Shown: positions 37,023 to 52,633, numbered from the stretch's first letter. The stretch: DNA of 64,000 bases from Octopus sinensis (GCF_006345805.1 NC_042999.1:134354001-134418000); one strand, 5' to 3'. Program-made: numbers and translations. Notes: generated by a model not told the origin, from the sequence alone.

Positions 37023-37964
37023 TAATCCATATTTTTTCCAGGCTAAGCTATTATGCTAAATAATAATGTGTCAAATGTGTCAATTAGCAGTGTCGTTGAT
37101 AATTTTATCCCTACCTCAATGACGCCGGTTGAATATATGAAGAACTATATTCATAAAAAAGTATACAATTATATTATCGGCCTCAAATTTGAGAAACTGA
37201 CATTCATAGATAACATTTTTCTTTTAAAACTTCGTTGCATGAGATTGATACTATGGAATTCCTCGAATTGAGCTCTATCATTTCAGCTTAATTAAAATAT
37301 AATTTGTTTTTAAAATAAAAAAAGTTAATTATACTTAAATACAATTAAAATTTTTTTTTTCATGATATTTTACCTCACAACTTTTTGATACAAAATTTTG
37401 TTGCATGGGACCAAAACTATGAAATTTTTCATGCTTTCTTCTATCGTTGAAAGCTACGATAAATATATTTTACTTTTAAAATAAAAAAAAACGTTATTTA
37501 GATTAAAACTTGATTGGTGGCGTTACTTACTCTCCTGTAACATTGCTACATATTTTCATGTAAACTTTTTTCTACTGGATCAAATCTCAATTTATGCCAA
37601 AATGTAGCTAGGTCCTCTTCAGAACGATTAAATGATTTCAATTTGGTTAAGAAATGAATAAGCGACAAACTCTGAAAGATGCTGCGTGTGAGTAAATTGT
37701 GGCCTTAATATATGCACATGTGTGTGTGTATGTATGTATATATATATAAATATTAATATATATACATATATAAATATATACATATATAAATACATACATA
37801 TATGAATACATACATATATATATATACACATATATTGTAAGCCATTTAAGAACACAAAAAAACCCCGTTGGTTTCACTTCAACATTTAAATTGAATTGGT
37901 GTCATATATACGTACGTACGTGCATGCATGCATGCATACATACATAAATACATACATACATACA

Positions 37965-37995
<31 letters not shown>

Positions 37996-38329
37996 TTACA
38001 CGTGTGTATGTATGTGTGTGATTTCTCTTTGCTGAACTCATTTTCTCAATGAAAGAAAAGTATGCTTGATGAAGTGTAGCGTGATTAGTTAACAAGCAAC
38101 ACTTAGTAAGTTATTAACGACTCCACATCTCACAATCTCATCATATCGCTCTTAGAAAAGATAATCCACTCTATTACGTACTTATTTTTATTCTTCTATA
38201 TTATTTTTAACAGATTCAGTTTTCAGACTTGGATCCTAAACAGGCACGGCACAAATACTAACACGACATCGACACTACTTCTTTGTACTACATTATTGTA
38301 TTGATCTGAAAATAATAGAAATAATAATA

Positions 38330-38719
38330 ATCCTTTCTACAAAGGGCACAAAGCCTGAAATTGGGGGGAGGGTAAGTCGATTACATTGATACCAGTACAT
38401 CACCGGTACTTTATTTATCGACTCCAAAAGGATGCAAGGCAAAGTCGACCTCGGCGGAATTTGAACTCAAAACGTAAGTGCAGACGAAACACCGCTAAGT
38501 ATTTCGTCCAGAAATATAAATAATAATAATCTTTTCTACTGAAGGCACAAGACCTGTAATTACAACAGGTGGGGGGGAGACTAGTCAATTACATAGACTC
38601 CAGTGTTTCGCTGGTACTTATTTAACCGATCTGGAAAGGATGAAATCAAAGTCGACCTCGGCGGAATTTGAACTCAGAACGTAGCTGCAGACAAAATACC
38701 GCTAAGTATTTCGTCCAGA

Positions 38720-38720
<1 letters not shown>
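38330..38720 (-). mobile_element. Two tandem SINE family B copies
   Basis: aaagtcgacctcggcggaatttgaactca..aacgta occurs twice, each with a (TAA)n flank. Confidence 0.85.
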
Positions 38721-38750
<30 letters not shown>

Positions 38751-39307
38751 GCCTGATGCAAAACCAGGCACTGACTATCATGGCTTCTCATCTTAACTGA
38801 TTGGAAGTGCTACCATGCACATGTCTTGTCTTTGCTACAGCAAATATTCTGCTCAATAATACAGATTCGCTTGTCAGTTGCTTGATCATAACCAGTTCAG
38901 CATGTCCCTTAGTAGCTGACAATATGTGCTTCTCTGATCACGAGCAGAAGTAGTGAGGAAGCATCACAGCGATGTGTTGAAAGGAATTCTTCGGGGTTTG
39001 AATAACTCCCCTCTGGAACCATGGGTGTTTCGTTCAACATCTTTAAACAAACCTTAACCAGGGACCTTTTGAGCAGTAGGGGTTACTGAACCAGAAGGAA
39101 ATTCTAACATGGCCCTACCTGCAAGGTTTCTCTTTATATGAGATCACCATGTCGCGCACATATGATTGTAATCCATGTGCCTGGTGTACCCTTATCGGAA
39201 GGGTACTCATGATGGATATATTGGGATTTGTATATTTGTACCTCATTGCCAATTTGATGGCATGCGCCACTCTCTCCTTTAATAATGATGATGATGATAA
39301 TAATAAT

Positions 39308-39344
<37 letters not shown>

Positions 39345-39640
39345 GGTTGTGCTATAATAATTGGTGCATTGTGAACTGTAAGCAAAGATATACCCAAATG
39401 GCTGAAGGAGATTGCATATATACATATATGTATATATATATGGATATATAAATTTATAGATATATATATACATACATGTATATAACATATATATATATAT
39501 ACACACATACATACATATACACATATATGCATATACACACACATGTATACACACATATATATATATACATATATATATGCATATATACACACATGTATGC
39601 ACACATATATACATACATGTATATAAACAAATATATATGC

Positions 39641-39675
<35 letters not shown>

Positions 39676-40676
39676 CTTTATTTCATATTGCTCCAGTTCA
39701 CTCAGCTGTAGAAATAAGTTGCACCGTCACAGGTGCCAAGTTGTATCGGCCGTTGCCTTTCCCTTGGATAACACTAATGGTGTGGAGAGGGGAGGCCGGT
39801 ATGCATGGGCGGGTGCTGGTCTTCCACAGACAATCTTGACCGGACTTGTACCTGGGAGAGTAACTTTCTAAGCGCAATCCAATGGTCTGTGTCGTGACCG
39901 AAGGGGGGTCTCAGAATATATATATATATGCATAATAGCTTTGATGACTTTGATAGGTTACACCCATATACTCCCAGGCAATGACTACCATAATACCACC
40001 AAATGGTGACGAATTTTAGTCCTATATGTGGCACCATGGCCCACTCTAGCACAGAGTTATTATTGTTGGAGAAATATACGGGTGTAGGAGTGTGGTACGG
40101 GAATTCTTGAAGAAATTTATCTAGTGAAATTTCGAAGTTCATGGGATCCGTTTCTGTTCTGACGTATTTTAGTATGGTATTAAAGGGAGAGGTACCTATT
40201 GAGGTAAAGTAGTTGTGACGTAATGTTACGTATCCTGAGTTCGATGCATATATTTATATATATACATATATAAATGCATATATATACATATATGCATGTA
40301 TATACACATATATATATATCTATATACATATGTATATGTACATATATATGCATATATACATATGCATGCACATATATATGCATATACATATATGCATATA
40401 CATATATGCATATATACATGTATATATACATATATATATATTTGCATATATAGATATGTACATATATGCATATATATATACACACCACACACATATATAT
40501 ATATACACACACATGTGTATATATCCATAATATATTTATATCCATATATCCATATATATATATATATACACACACATGTGTATATATCCATATATATATT
40601 TATATCCATATATCCATATATATATATATACCACACACATGTGTATATATCCATATATATATTTATATCCATATAT

Positions 40677-40721
<45 letters not shown>

Positions 40722-41105
40722 TACATATATATGCATTTTATATATACATATATGAATATATGTTGTGAATATATGTCCTGCGAGAAGTTGTGCAGGAAAA
40801 GATGCAGAAGTATGATGATGAGAATGATGAAGATGATGAGGAAGGGTATTGCTTTGTGCTGAAAGGTTAATAAGGACATCGTGTAAGGACAACTTAGGTG
40901 TTATTTGACGTTGTAATAATCCGTATGTTGTTGTCAAAACATTTTCGACTCAGCTACTGTATGGCCCTTGTTTCAATAATGTGAGTGCGCACATGCTGGG
41001 GCAACGCCTTCAAGAATTTTAGTCTAACGAATCGATCACAGTACTTGTAATTATTACTGAGTGAGAGAGCAACACATGCCATGAAAGTGACACTGGAGTC
41101 TAATA

Positions 41106-41144
<39 letters not shown>

Positions 41145-41589
41145 TTTTGTCCTTTTTCAAACCTATTTGTCTACTTTTGTAAAACCACTATTGTGAGAGG
41201 GATATAAACACCAACATCAGTTGTCAATCGGTGGTGGGAGACAAGCACAAACACTCAACAACGAGTTTTTTCAGTTTCTGTCTACCAAATCTAGTGTGTG
41301 CGTGAATGAGTATATGTATGTATGTATAAATATAGAGCGAGAGAGAGGGATTCTACAATTAAACCAAGCCAAGACATAACATATGTACACATAATATATA
41401 AACACAGATGAGCCATCATCTAAAGCAAAAGACAATCAGTTAGCAATTTTGTGGACAAGGCGCATATCAGTGCTACACTAAGGAGTAGCAACTGATGAAA
41501 GAGAAATGACAGCAGGCGTCGGGATGCTGTGAATGGGTGATGGTGGTGTTGGTCGAGCGAGAATTTGAAATTTTCGCAATAGGTGTTAG

Positions 41590-41915
41590 AAAAAGTTTTC
41601 TGTGTTGTAAGTAGCTTGCTTACCTACCACATGGTTCCGGGTTCAGTCCCATTGCGTGGCACCTTGGGCAAGTTTTTTCTGCTATACACTCAGGCCGACC
41701 AACGCCTTGTGAGTGGATTTGGTAGACGGAAACTGCATGTATGTCTGTGTGTTTGTGTGTCTGTGTTTGTCCCCCAACATCGCTTGACAACCGGTGCTGG
41801 TTTGTTAACGTCCTGGTAACATAGCGGTTCAGCAAAAAGAAACCGATAGAATGAGTACTAGGATTACAAAGAATTAGTACTGGGGTAGATTTGTTCGACT
41901 AAAGGCGATGCTACG
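41590..41915 (+). mobile_element. SINE family A
   Basis: Homologous to 49584-49985. Confidence 0.85.
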
Positions 41916-42558
41916 GAGAAAAACTGTGAGAAAAACATAAAGGGACACGCGCACACATACATACATACAAAAAAGATATAGAATGAGAGAAAGGAAGAAG
42001 GAAATGGATAGACACACAGATAATATATATGAATACATATTTATATACATGAGAGGATGTGTTTACGTTTGAATATATACATACACACATTAATAGACAG
42101 GTAGATAGATAGATAACATGAATATGTTTATGTATGCATATATGTATATGCATACATACATACATACATACATTCATATATATATATATATATATAAATG
42201 AATGAATGTATGTGTGTATATATGTATAAATATGTTAAACGTCCATATATACATGTGTGTGTGTGTGCATAGTGAGAGAGTGACAGAGACAGTTTGTGTG
42301 CATGCGTGAGCGTGTGTGTGGGTGTGCGTGTGCGTTTGTGTGTTGATCAATGATGTTCCACGAGGAAGCCTTTCTGTCAGTGACGTGACATTTTGCTATC
42401 AGAAAGCACCACATGCCGTGTAGATCTGACAACAACTCCATTTGACGCCAAGCCATCTTCATTTACATGCAGTAGTCATAGCAACATGTATTCATTTGTT
42501 TATATCCTGACTTGGAGCGAAAAGCTCGTGGAATTTCGCGATAAATGTTATTTATATA

Positions 42559-42594
<36 letters not shown>

Positions 42595-42643
42595 TGTATG
42601 TATGTACACACACACACTTGTATGTATATATATTATATATATA

Positions 42644-42687
<44 letters not shown>

Positions 42688-42747
42688 GCGTCTAACAATA
42701 TATGTATATGTGTGTGTGTGTGTATATATATATATAGAGGAGGAGAT

Positions 42748-42816
<69 letters not shown>

Positions 42817-43163
42817 GATATATATACACACGTATGTATGAATTACACACGCTACATTGGCTTTTCACTTGTCTTAGTCTGGCATTCGCTTTGAAGAATT
42901 TTTAGTTGAATGAATCAACCCCGGTACTTATCCTATCGTCTCTTTTGCTGAACAACTAAGTTAAGGGAACGTAAACACATCAATAACATTTGTCAAGCGG
43001 AGGTCACACACACACACATTATATATGACGGGCTTCATTCAGTTTTCGTCTACCATATCCACTCACAAGGTTAGCTCGGCCCGACGTTATAACAGGAAAC
43101 AATTCCAAGGTGCCACGAAGTGGGATTGAACCCGTAACCATATGTTGGGGAGCAAGCTTCTTA

Positions 43164-43264
<101 letters not shown>

Positions 43265-43986
43265 TTGCGTGAGTGTGCAGTCAGACAAATATATATATTA
43301 TATATATATCTATTTAAAACTGATATACCACATCCATTCATAGCCTACGGTCACATACAACCCATATATATTTATCCAGATATGCAATTACTCCTCGACG
43401 TACAACCGGGTTCCTTTCTGGTCAACCGGATGTCGGTATGGGGGTACCTCGAAGACCTATACCTATCTGACCTAGTTTTGGTGGAAGATTTTATTTTATA
43501 TGCATTACTAGTATGGAATGCATACGAAACACTTTCAATTCTATACATTTGGAAATATTACCATATACACTACCCAATATATTTTTCTGTTTCTTACTAA
43601 TCATTTTTATCTTTTGCATGTTTCGGTCATAGGACTCTGACCATGCTGGGGCACAGCCTTCACGGGTTTAGTGGAATATATCGAAACCAGCACTTGTTTT
43701 TAGAGTGCTACTTATTTATCATACACTTTGCCAAATGTTTGCAACGTAAACAAATCAATACTCGTTGTCAAACGGGGATGGGGACAAACCATGACACACA
43801 CACACGACATATGTGTAAATGCATGTATGTGTAGTTGTTTTGATGTCAAGATGTAATGAAATATTTAATACGTTTTGTAGCATGCGTGTTTATTATTCTT
43901 GTACAAGAATAGTATTTGACAGTGACCTCGAAGTTTCGGCCTTAGTCTTCGTTCGAAAATCCGTAGAAGACATGTATGTATGCATG

Positions 43987-44034
<48 letters not shown>

Positions 44035-44557
44035 ATATATATATAAGCTCTTGCACAGTTTTCGTCTACAAAATTCGCTCACGAGCTCGGCCAGGTGTTA
44101 TAGTAGAAGTGAGTTGCTCAAGAGGTTTCCAATACGAGACTAAACTCGAAACCACGCGATAGCAAAACGAGCTTCTTGACCATACAACCATGCCTATCCT
44201 ATTTTATAATTCCCTTGATCGCGACGCAGAAGGTCTGAACCATTCAGCTGTTTGCTTGCTTTAAGGTTTTCTTCGTAATCATATTCGTTCTCCAACGTCT
44301 TCAAACTACACCTAACCTTAGATTTAATTGTTTGTTAATAGATGTTAATGAATACAGTCTTTTGCGGGGTTTACTTTTTCCCGTTGATGTTCCATCCAGA
44401 GTAGAAACATTTTTCCATCTCGAGGATATTTCTTTGATGCTTCTTTTAACATATATTGTCGTTAATCGGTAAAATGTTTGACAAAGCTTCCGAACAATTT
44501 ACTGAGACCCAAGGCTCTATGCCGGTCCTTAAGAATAAGCGTAATCATGAGTGATAT

Positions 44558-44657
44558 NNNNNNNNNNNNNNNNNNNNNNNNNNNNNNNNNNNNNNNNNNN
44601 NNNNNNNNNNNNNNNNNNNNNNNNNNNNNNNNNNNNNNNNNNNNNNNNNNNNNNNNN
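44558..44657. other. Assembly gap (100 N)
   Basis: Run of exactly 100 N, a typical placeholder for a gap of unknown size. Confidence 0.99.
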
Positions 44658-44765
44658 TAGATACATATATCACATACATAGATAAATATACATATCACAG
44701 ACACATTAAAAGAGAGAGTATACAGTGTCTTATCTATTTATATATCTATCTAGGTATAGATAGAA

Positions 44766-44797
<32 letters not shown>

Positions 44798-44811
44798 ATA
44801 TATATATATAT

Positions 44812-44842
<31 letters not shown>

Positions 44843-46093
44843 CTACATTACAGCATATCACATCACACACACATATCCGCGCGTGTGTGTGAGAGAGAGA
44901 GAAGTATGTGAGTGAGGCAGTAAGAATAAAGAAAAGGAATGAGTAAAAGTAAAGAAAATAAGTATAACTGAAAGAAGGCAGATAGCAGATTCCTTAATTT
45001 TTGACGACTACCACGCCAGTATACATGGAAGTGTGTGTATGTGTGTGTGTGAAAGAGCATGTGTGAGTCTTTGTGCCTGTGTGTGAGTGAATGAGTGAAT
45101 GTGAATGCATGTTTGCAGGAATACATTGCCTTTAATCCTTTCGAGGTCGATTAAATAAGTATTACTTGAGCATTGGGATCGATGTAATTGACTTGTTCTC
45201 ACCACACATCCACCTTACACTCCCGAAATTGCTGGCCTTGTGCCAAAATTTGAAGCCAAATATTTGTATATGCGTGCGTGTGTGTGTGTTGTGTGTGTGT
45301 GTAAGGCGGCGTGTTGGCAGAACCTTTAGTACGCCGAGCAAATGCCTTAGCGGCATTTCGTCCATCTGCACTTCATGAGTTCAAATTCTGCCAAGGTCGA
45401 CATTGTTTTAACCCTTTTGTTACTGCATTTATTTTGAGATGCTCTGTGTTTCTTTCAATTACTCTAAATAGAACAAAGAATTTAGTAAAATAACTTCGTT
45501 ATCATTCAGCTAGTGTTAGGAACATAAATTGTGACTAAAGTTTGGTGGAAGATTTTAATTCAAAACTTATGAAAACAAGACATTTGTACTACAGAGCCAG
45601 AGTTGGTTTCAGCCAGGTTGGTAATGAAAGGGTTAAATCTTTTCGTGGTCGATAAATTAAGTACCAGTTGTATACTGGAGTCGATGTAATCGACTAACTC
45701 CTGCTTCGCTTCGAAAGTGTTGGCCTTGTGCCAAAATTTGAAACCAGTATCGTTATAGTGTGTGTCTGTGTGCGTGTGTGTCTGTGTGTGTGTGTGTGTG
45801 TGTGTTGTGTGTGTGTGTGTATGTGTGTGTGAGTGTGTTTGCGTGTGTGTATTTGTACACGCAGTGAAGGTTGAATGAGGGGAGTAAATTAAGTTACATA
45901 AATGCCAAGTAGCTGCAGTTTGTACATATTTGCGTTATATTGCAGCAGAACATTTATCGAATTACTTGCTTGCATTTATACAAGCACTTCCACATCCGTA
46001 TAAGTACTTTACGGTATGTGTGTGTGTGTATGTGTGTGTATGTCCCCCTCATTCTATACACACACGTACGCACACACACACACTCACACACAC

Positions 46094-46129
<36 letters not shown>

Positions 46130-47393
46130 CACACACACACATAAATGGATATATGTATGTGAATTTTAATTGTATCTTACTTCTGGGTTCATTATGATTG
46201 AATGGTTAATAAGTGTTTACCGGTTTCCGGTACACTATTTTTGGTTTTGTTTGTTTATTTGTTGACTTGTTTTTCTCTTTTTTTCTTCCTGTTTTTTTTT
46301 TTTGTTTTTTTTTTTCGTGAAGGTATACATATCATCAGCGGAAACCTTTTTACTGGCGCCTCTTAATCATTACTGCTATATTTTAAAACTTAACCAACCA
46401 TTTTTATTTTGGTTGCACTTTTTTTACTCATGTATCTAATGAGACTATAACAGCTTTAATTCTTTCACTTTGTAGTTCTTTTTTGTATCCCCCACCCCGG
46501 GTCAACTATCATTGAACAAACTTATGTTGGAACAACATTTCAGCCGTATCTGCCCTGCCTTTTTTTTTTATCCATGTTAAACTGTTTTGCGTAATGTATA
46601 CTTCCCTTTTCAGGATTTATGCATTACGCAAAAGGAGATTTGGCTGTTTTTCTAGTTTATCATGCGCCGGCGTAGAGGCTCCACTCCCTGGCTTTTGCCT
46701 TTGTTTGTTTTATATAATTACACCAAAATAGTCCGCTTGTACTTCCTGTTCAGTTTTAGTTTGGTAATCACAAAAAGCAATATGTTGAATTTTTGAAGAC
46801 TGAAAAATCAACAGTTTTCAATCTTTCTCTCTTGGGAAACCCATGAAATATATATTTCTACGAATTATAAATGTTCATTAATCTTTCTTTTCCTCAAAGT
46901 TAAATTTCATGGGGCAAAGATAATATATTTTTCTGATAACTGTTTTAAGCAAAAAATAAAATAAAGAAAGAAAGAAAGAAAAGAAAAATAACTCAGATTT
47001 TCCTCAAGTATATTCATAATGCAAAAGGAATAGAAACTTAACTGCTTCTTCAAGAAAGCTAAGGAGCGTTTTATGGAGACTTGAAGAAAAAATAAAAGAT
47101 GCCTTAACCAAAATCTTTCGTCTTGACCAAGTCCTTGATTTAGAGTAATTTCTCCAACAATTCCTTATTAATGTCATTTTTCAGTGGTGTCGTTTTAGTA
47201 CCCAGAGATTCTAGGATTGTCTTAGGTAGGAAAATATGCCAAATGTGCATAAAAAATTACGAATATAATAATGATCCTGGTCAAAACAGTTTCATAAATG
47301 TCTCCCAAATGTCAATGCTTGTTTTCAAACTTTTAGTTAGCCTTTGTTTAAAATTAACCTTGTTTAAAGTCATATCAGGGCATGCACGCAACA

Positions 47394-47682
47394 AACCTCT
47401 CGAAAGAGCTGTTCTTCACTCCTGCTCCAGAGCGTCGGCTGCGGGGTCATTCCGAAAAGCTCTACCTGCGACGATTTCATCTCAATCGAAGGAGAGGAGC
47501 TTTCTCCGTCCGGGTTGCGGATCCGTGGAACAAGCTGCCAGACGAGATGGTGAAGATGCCGACGACCGCTTTGTTCAAAGCCTCCCTTGACCTCAAGGGG
47601 CCTGAACTCTTTACATGAACACCACCCTGTACTTAACTCCATGTCCCCCTACATGGCCTTGCTATTTGCTTTTGAGCCAAAT

Positions 47683-47734
<52 letters not shown>
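47394..47734 (+). mobile_element. 3' fragment of the same CR1 family
   Basis: About 3 substitutions over ~290 bp relative to the 3' end of the 5486-7589 copy; (TAAC)13 tail. Confidence 0.95.
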
Positions 47735-48882
47735 ATACATACAAGCAAACATATATGCATACATACATGCTTACATGTATACATTATATAAATTCGTACA
47801 TATCCCCAAGTACCCATTTACTAGCTTCTCAGTCAACTGATTCATAAATAGATCTTACTAAAAACTCCTTGGAGAGAAATCTGTATCAGCTGTTATTTCA
47901 TACCTCTCCTCAAATTCATTAGCTACCATAATTATGTTGCTGATTTCATATTCACAAATTTGGGCAAGATAGTTACTGCTCTCTTTCCTCTACTTAAGAT
48001 GTTCTTTCAGTGTCACATGACATATGATGTCATGTGACATCAATTCAGGTTTGAGACCACGGCTACCATCCTTGCATGGGAAGTATACTCTGTCCACATC
48101 TCCATTGGTGTTTTCTGTAACACTGAACAGCTTGTGACTTCAACCACTCCTCCCACTGATTTCTTCCAGTTGGAGGAGATATCTTCCTGGGGTTAAAACA
48201 GCAGTATCGTCTCTTAGGGAACACACACGTTAAAGCCACGATAAACGCTACTTTTTCTTCGCATATTGCTTCTATCTAGAACAGATTTTCTGACTAGTTT
48301 CCTTCTTACAAAATCAGTGATTGTATGACGCTGTATTTTCTATATATTGCTGGCGAGGTTAAGCTACTGCCATTCCTGGCAAACGAGTGCCCATCAACAA
48401 AGAGATCCAATACGATTGGGATCAAGTGGTCAGGTGATCTCGAAACTAGGGTGGCAGGAGTTATCCCCTGCTTGCAATATATGTCGTGTGCGGAAAGCGC
48501 ACTGTCTAAACCAGCTGCAGGAGATGTCTTCCTGGAGTTAAAACAGTAGTATCGTCGTCTCCTAAAAAAACAATTACCTTGAAGTGGCAATAAACACTGA
48601 ATTTATTAACGTTATTTTAGTATGAAATGAAGCATGTTAAGAAGTTGGTAGAGAAAGATAAAAGATTTTATGACTACATGAACAAAGAAATGTAGCTCGA
48701 CGGCTACCTTGGACATCATCTTGAATTTTTAGGCTCCTCTTCAAGTCTTTTCTGGTGCATTTTGTGAGTGTTTCTCGCAATATCTTGGAAGATTCTTTTC
48801 AAATAAGAAATATTTTTGCCGCTTTACAATGTTTGTTTGAATATCTGTGTGTCTGTCTGTCTTTCTTTCTCTCTCCCTCTCC

Positions 48883-48949
<67 letters not shown>

Positions 48950-48999
48950 TATATATATATACACACATACATACATGCACATATATATATTCTTTTATT

Positions 49000-49221
49000 C
49001 TTTTTCTATTATTTGTTTCAGTCATTTGACTGCGGCCATACTCGAGCATTGCCTTTAGTCGAACAAATCGACATCAGGCTTTATTCTTTGTAAGCCTAGT
49101 ACTTATTCTATCGGTCTCTTTTACTGAACCGCTAAGTTACGGGGACATAAACACACCAATATCGATTGTTAAGCGATGGTGGGAGGACAAACACAGAGAC
49201 ACAAACATATACACACACGCG

Positions 49222-49261
<40 letters not shown>

Positions 49262-49446
49262 ACGCACACACATATATATACGACGGGCTTCTTTCAGTTT
49301 CCGTCTACCAACTCCACTCACAAGACTTTGGTCGGCCCGAGGTAATAGCAGAAGACAGTTGCCCAAGATGCCACGCAGTGGGACTGAACCCGGAATCATG
49401 TGGTTGGTAAGCAAGCTACTTACCACACAACCACGCCTGCGCCTAT
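49000..49446 (-). mobile_element. SINE family A, full length
   Basis: Homologous to 12351-12753. Confidence 0.9.
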
Positions 49447-49583
49447 ATATATATGTGTGTGTGTGTGTGTGCGTGCGCGCGTGTGTTAGTAATTACTAAG
49501 GGATTTTTCCAACCGTTCCAAAGGAATGAAAGACAATGCTACTGCTACTTTGTAATAATCCTTATTATATACATATTATATAC

Positions 49584-49985
49584 ATAGGCGCAGGAGTGGC
49601 TGTGTGGTAAGTAGCTTGCTTACCAACCACATGGTTCCGGGTTCAGTCTTGGGCAAGTGTCTTCTACTATAGCCTCGGACCGACCAAAGCCTTGTGAGTG
49701 GATTTGGTAGACGGAAACTGAAAGAAACCCGTCGTATATATGTATATATATATATGTGTGTGTGTGTGTTTGTGTGTTTTGTTTGTCCCCCTAGCATTGC
49801 TTGACAACCGATGCTGGTGTGTTTACGTCACCGTCACTTAGCGGTTCGGCAAAAGAGAGCGATAGAATAAGTACTGGGCTTACAAAGAATTAGTCCCGGG
49901 TTCGATTTGTTCGACTAAAGGCGGTGCTCCAGCATGGCCGCAGTCAAATGACTGACACAAGTAAAAGAGTAAAAGAGTAAAGAGT
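49584..49985 (+). mobile_element. SINE family A, near full length
   Basis: Homologous to 12351-12753; opposite orientation to its neighbour at 49000. Confidence 0.9.
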
Positions 49986-50112
49986 ATATATAGATATACA
50001 TACATATATATACAGACATATGTATAAGGGTGGAAAGGAACACACGAGTTGATATATATGAAAAAACAAGTCAAAAATAGAAAATGCTAAGATAATTTTA
50101 TAGTGAATCTTT

Positions 50113-50150
50113 CAGTACCGGTTTCGGTCATTTTGAGACCTTTTCAACTG
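50113..50150 (-). ncRNA. Mirror copy of the U3-A8 hammerhead motif
   Basis: Exact reverse complement of 50411-50448 in the other arm of the palindrome. Confidence 0.65.
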
Positions 50151-50410
50151 TAACGATTAAATAATTAAATTTAGAAAAATTAGAAGAAAAGTTTTTTTAA
50201 AAGAATATTTCTATAGTAGTGTTCAGATATAAGTGGCATTCTGCCTTTCTCTGACTCCCTTGTTTGCACTTGTGTGTTCGAGAACACACAAGTGCAAACA
50301 AGGGAGTCAGAGAAAGGCAGAATGCCACTTATATCTGAACACTACTATAGAAATATTCTTTTAAAAAAACTTTTCTTCTAATTTTTCTAAATTTAATTAT
50401 TTAATCGTTA

Positions 50411-50448
50411 CAGTTGAAAAGGTCTCAAAATGACCGAAACCGGTACTG
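50411..50448 (+). ncRNA. Minimal type I hammerhead ribozyme motif, U3-A8 core variant
   Basis: cag-TTGAAAA-GGTC(tcaaaat)GACC-GAAAC-cg-GTA-ctg: stem I cag/ctg, stem II GGTC/GACC, palindromic stem III ACCGGT, GUA cleavage triplet. Confidence 0.65.
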
Positions 50449-50497
50449 AAAGATTCACTATAAAATTATCTTAGCATTTTCTATTTTTGACTTGTTT

Positions 50498-50865
<368 letters not shown>

Positions 50866-51289
50866 TGTGTGTGTGTATACAGTATATAGATAAATAGAAA
50901 GACATATATCACAACATATTGTCTTTCACCTTCTCTCTCCCTCCCTCTCTCTCTCTCACTTTCTCACTTGATCTGCTCTCTCATCCTCTTAAATGTAGAA
51001 ATACCAACCCCGCCATCAATATATAAATGAATAATTTTTTGCCTCTCCCCATCATTTAATCGAAGGTAATAAAGGTTTAATCTGTATCATACCTTTTTTC
51101 CACGCCAGTATGTTGGACAATCTTAAATCCATCTTACCTTTGTTAAACGTTGCAATTTAGCACTCGCTTTTCAATCCACAATTGACTATACGTTTTCCTT
51201 AGACTATACGTTTTGGTACGAAAGTTTTATTAAACTCTATAAGGACGTCTCTTGCAGATTCCATCAAACACGCACCAAGTATATAAATA

Positions 51290-51505
51290 GGTGACGAACT
51301 TGGAGAACCGTTAGCACGCCGGGCAAAATGCTTAGCGGCATTTCGTCCATCTCTACGGTCTGAGTTCAAATTCCGCCGAAGCTGACTTTGCCTTTCGTCA
51401 TTTCGAGGTCAATAAAATAAGTACCAGTTGATCACTGGATTCTATGTAATCGACTTATCCCTGTCCCCAAAATTGCTGGCTTCATGCCAACATTTGAAAC
51501 CAATA
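51290..51505 (+). mobile_element. SINE family B, full length
   Basis: ggtgacgaacttggagaaccgttagcacgccggg...gagttcaaattccgccg...gctggcttcatgccaacatttgaaacc. Confidence 0.85.
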
Positions 51506-52633
51506 TAATAAGATGCTTAATGGTTCTAATCCATCTTCTTATTATAAAAGTACCTTGTTCTAAAGAGAAAATATTCTACTGCCTGACATATTAAAACTCA
51601 GCACGCTAAAATCTAAGAAATGCTATCGCAATCATACGTACTGTTAGTCAGTGCACATTGCACTTGATCATATCTCGTTTGTTCAGCTAACTTGAACAAT
51701 CTAAAACTAAACCAATTTTCTCTTATGAAAAATTAAAATTATTACGATCAACTTACTCTCAGAATATGCCCTCTATTAAATCCGTTATCTTAGAGGGGAA
51801 TCTTAATGTTCGTTCCACCGATATTTCGCTTATCGTTGCTCGGTGAGAAGTATGCTGGGTTATCTCTTAGTTATTCTTAAGTTGTTCGTTTATCTTCCAC
51901 TCTTTTCTTTTTCTTCTCTGCAGTGGAAAAACAAACTAAGAGTTAAATTCTTTGCCTCGCTTGATGACATTTTTATAGCAATGGACGAAAGAAACGCCAG
52001 TTACAAGAATGGCAAGTACTTAAAGAGAACAGTGATATTTGCCTGCTAATATTTGCTGCTATCTGCTGGGTGGTAGTGATGGCTGGATGTCTATGCCTCC
52101 TCTCATCTTATAAACCATAAGGGTTTTCAACACTTGCTTGTTGGACCCCCTACTGAGGACATATATTTAAAAGGACGACATATATTTAAAAGGACGGCGA
52201 ACGTTGGTTAACTGATCAAAATATCTCTTTACTAATAAATCAAGAATTTTTTCAGTGATATATATATATATATTGATAAAAACTGTACAATGACTGCCAT
52301 TGTTATAATAGAGCCCCTGAATTGGCACAATTTCTTGTTGCATTCGCATGCGCTCAAAACAGAAACACACACACACACACACACATGTACATACGCACAA
52401 AGACGAATATGTAACAGTATAGTATATACAGATGCAGGCGTCGATGTGTAGTAGTGGGAATACACGTGCAGGTTTGGAACTGTATTAAGAAGTTTTCTTC
52501 CCAGCCCCACGAGTTCAATTCCACTGCGTAACTGCTTTCGGCAACTTTCTTATACTGCAGCCTCGGGCCGACCAAAGTGTTGTGAGTGGATTTGGTAAAC
52601 GAAAAGTGAAAGAAGCATGTCTTGTGTGTGTGT

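Noticed and set aside
49584-49660. tRNA genes at SINE heads
   Set aside because: A/B-box-like heads do not fold into cloverleaves and are fused to SINE bodies.
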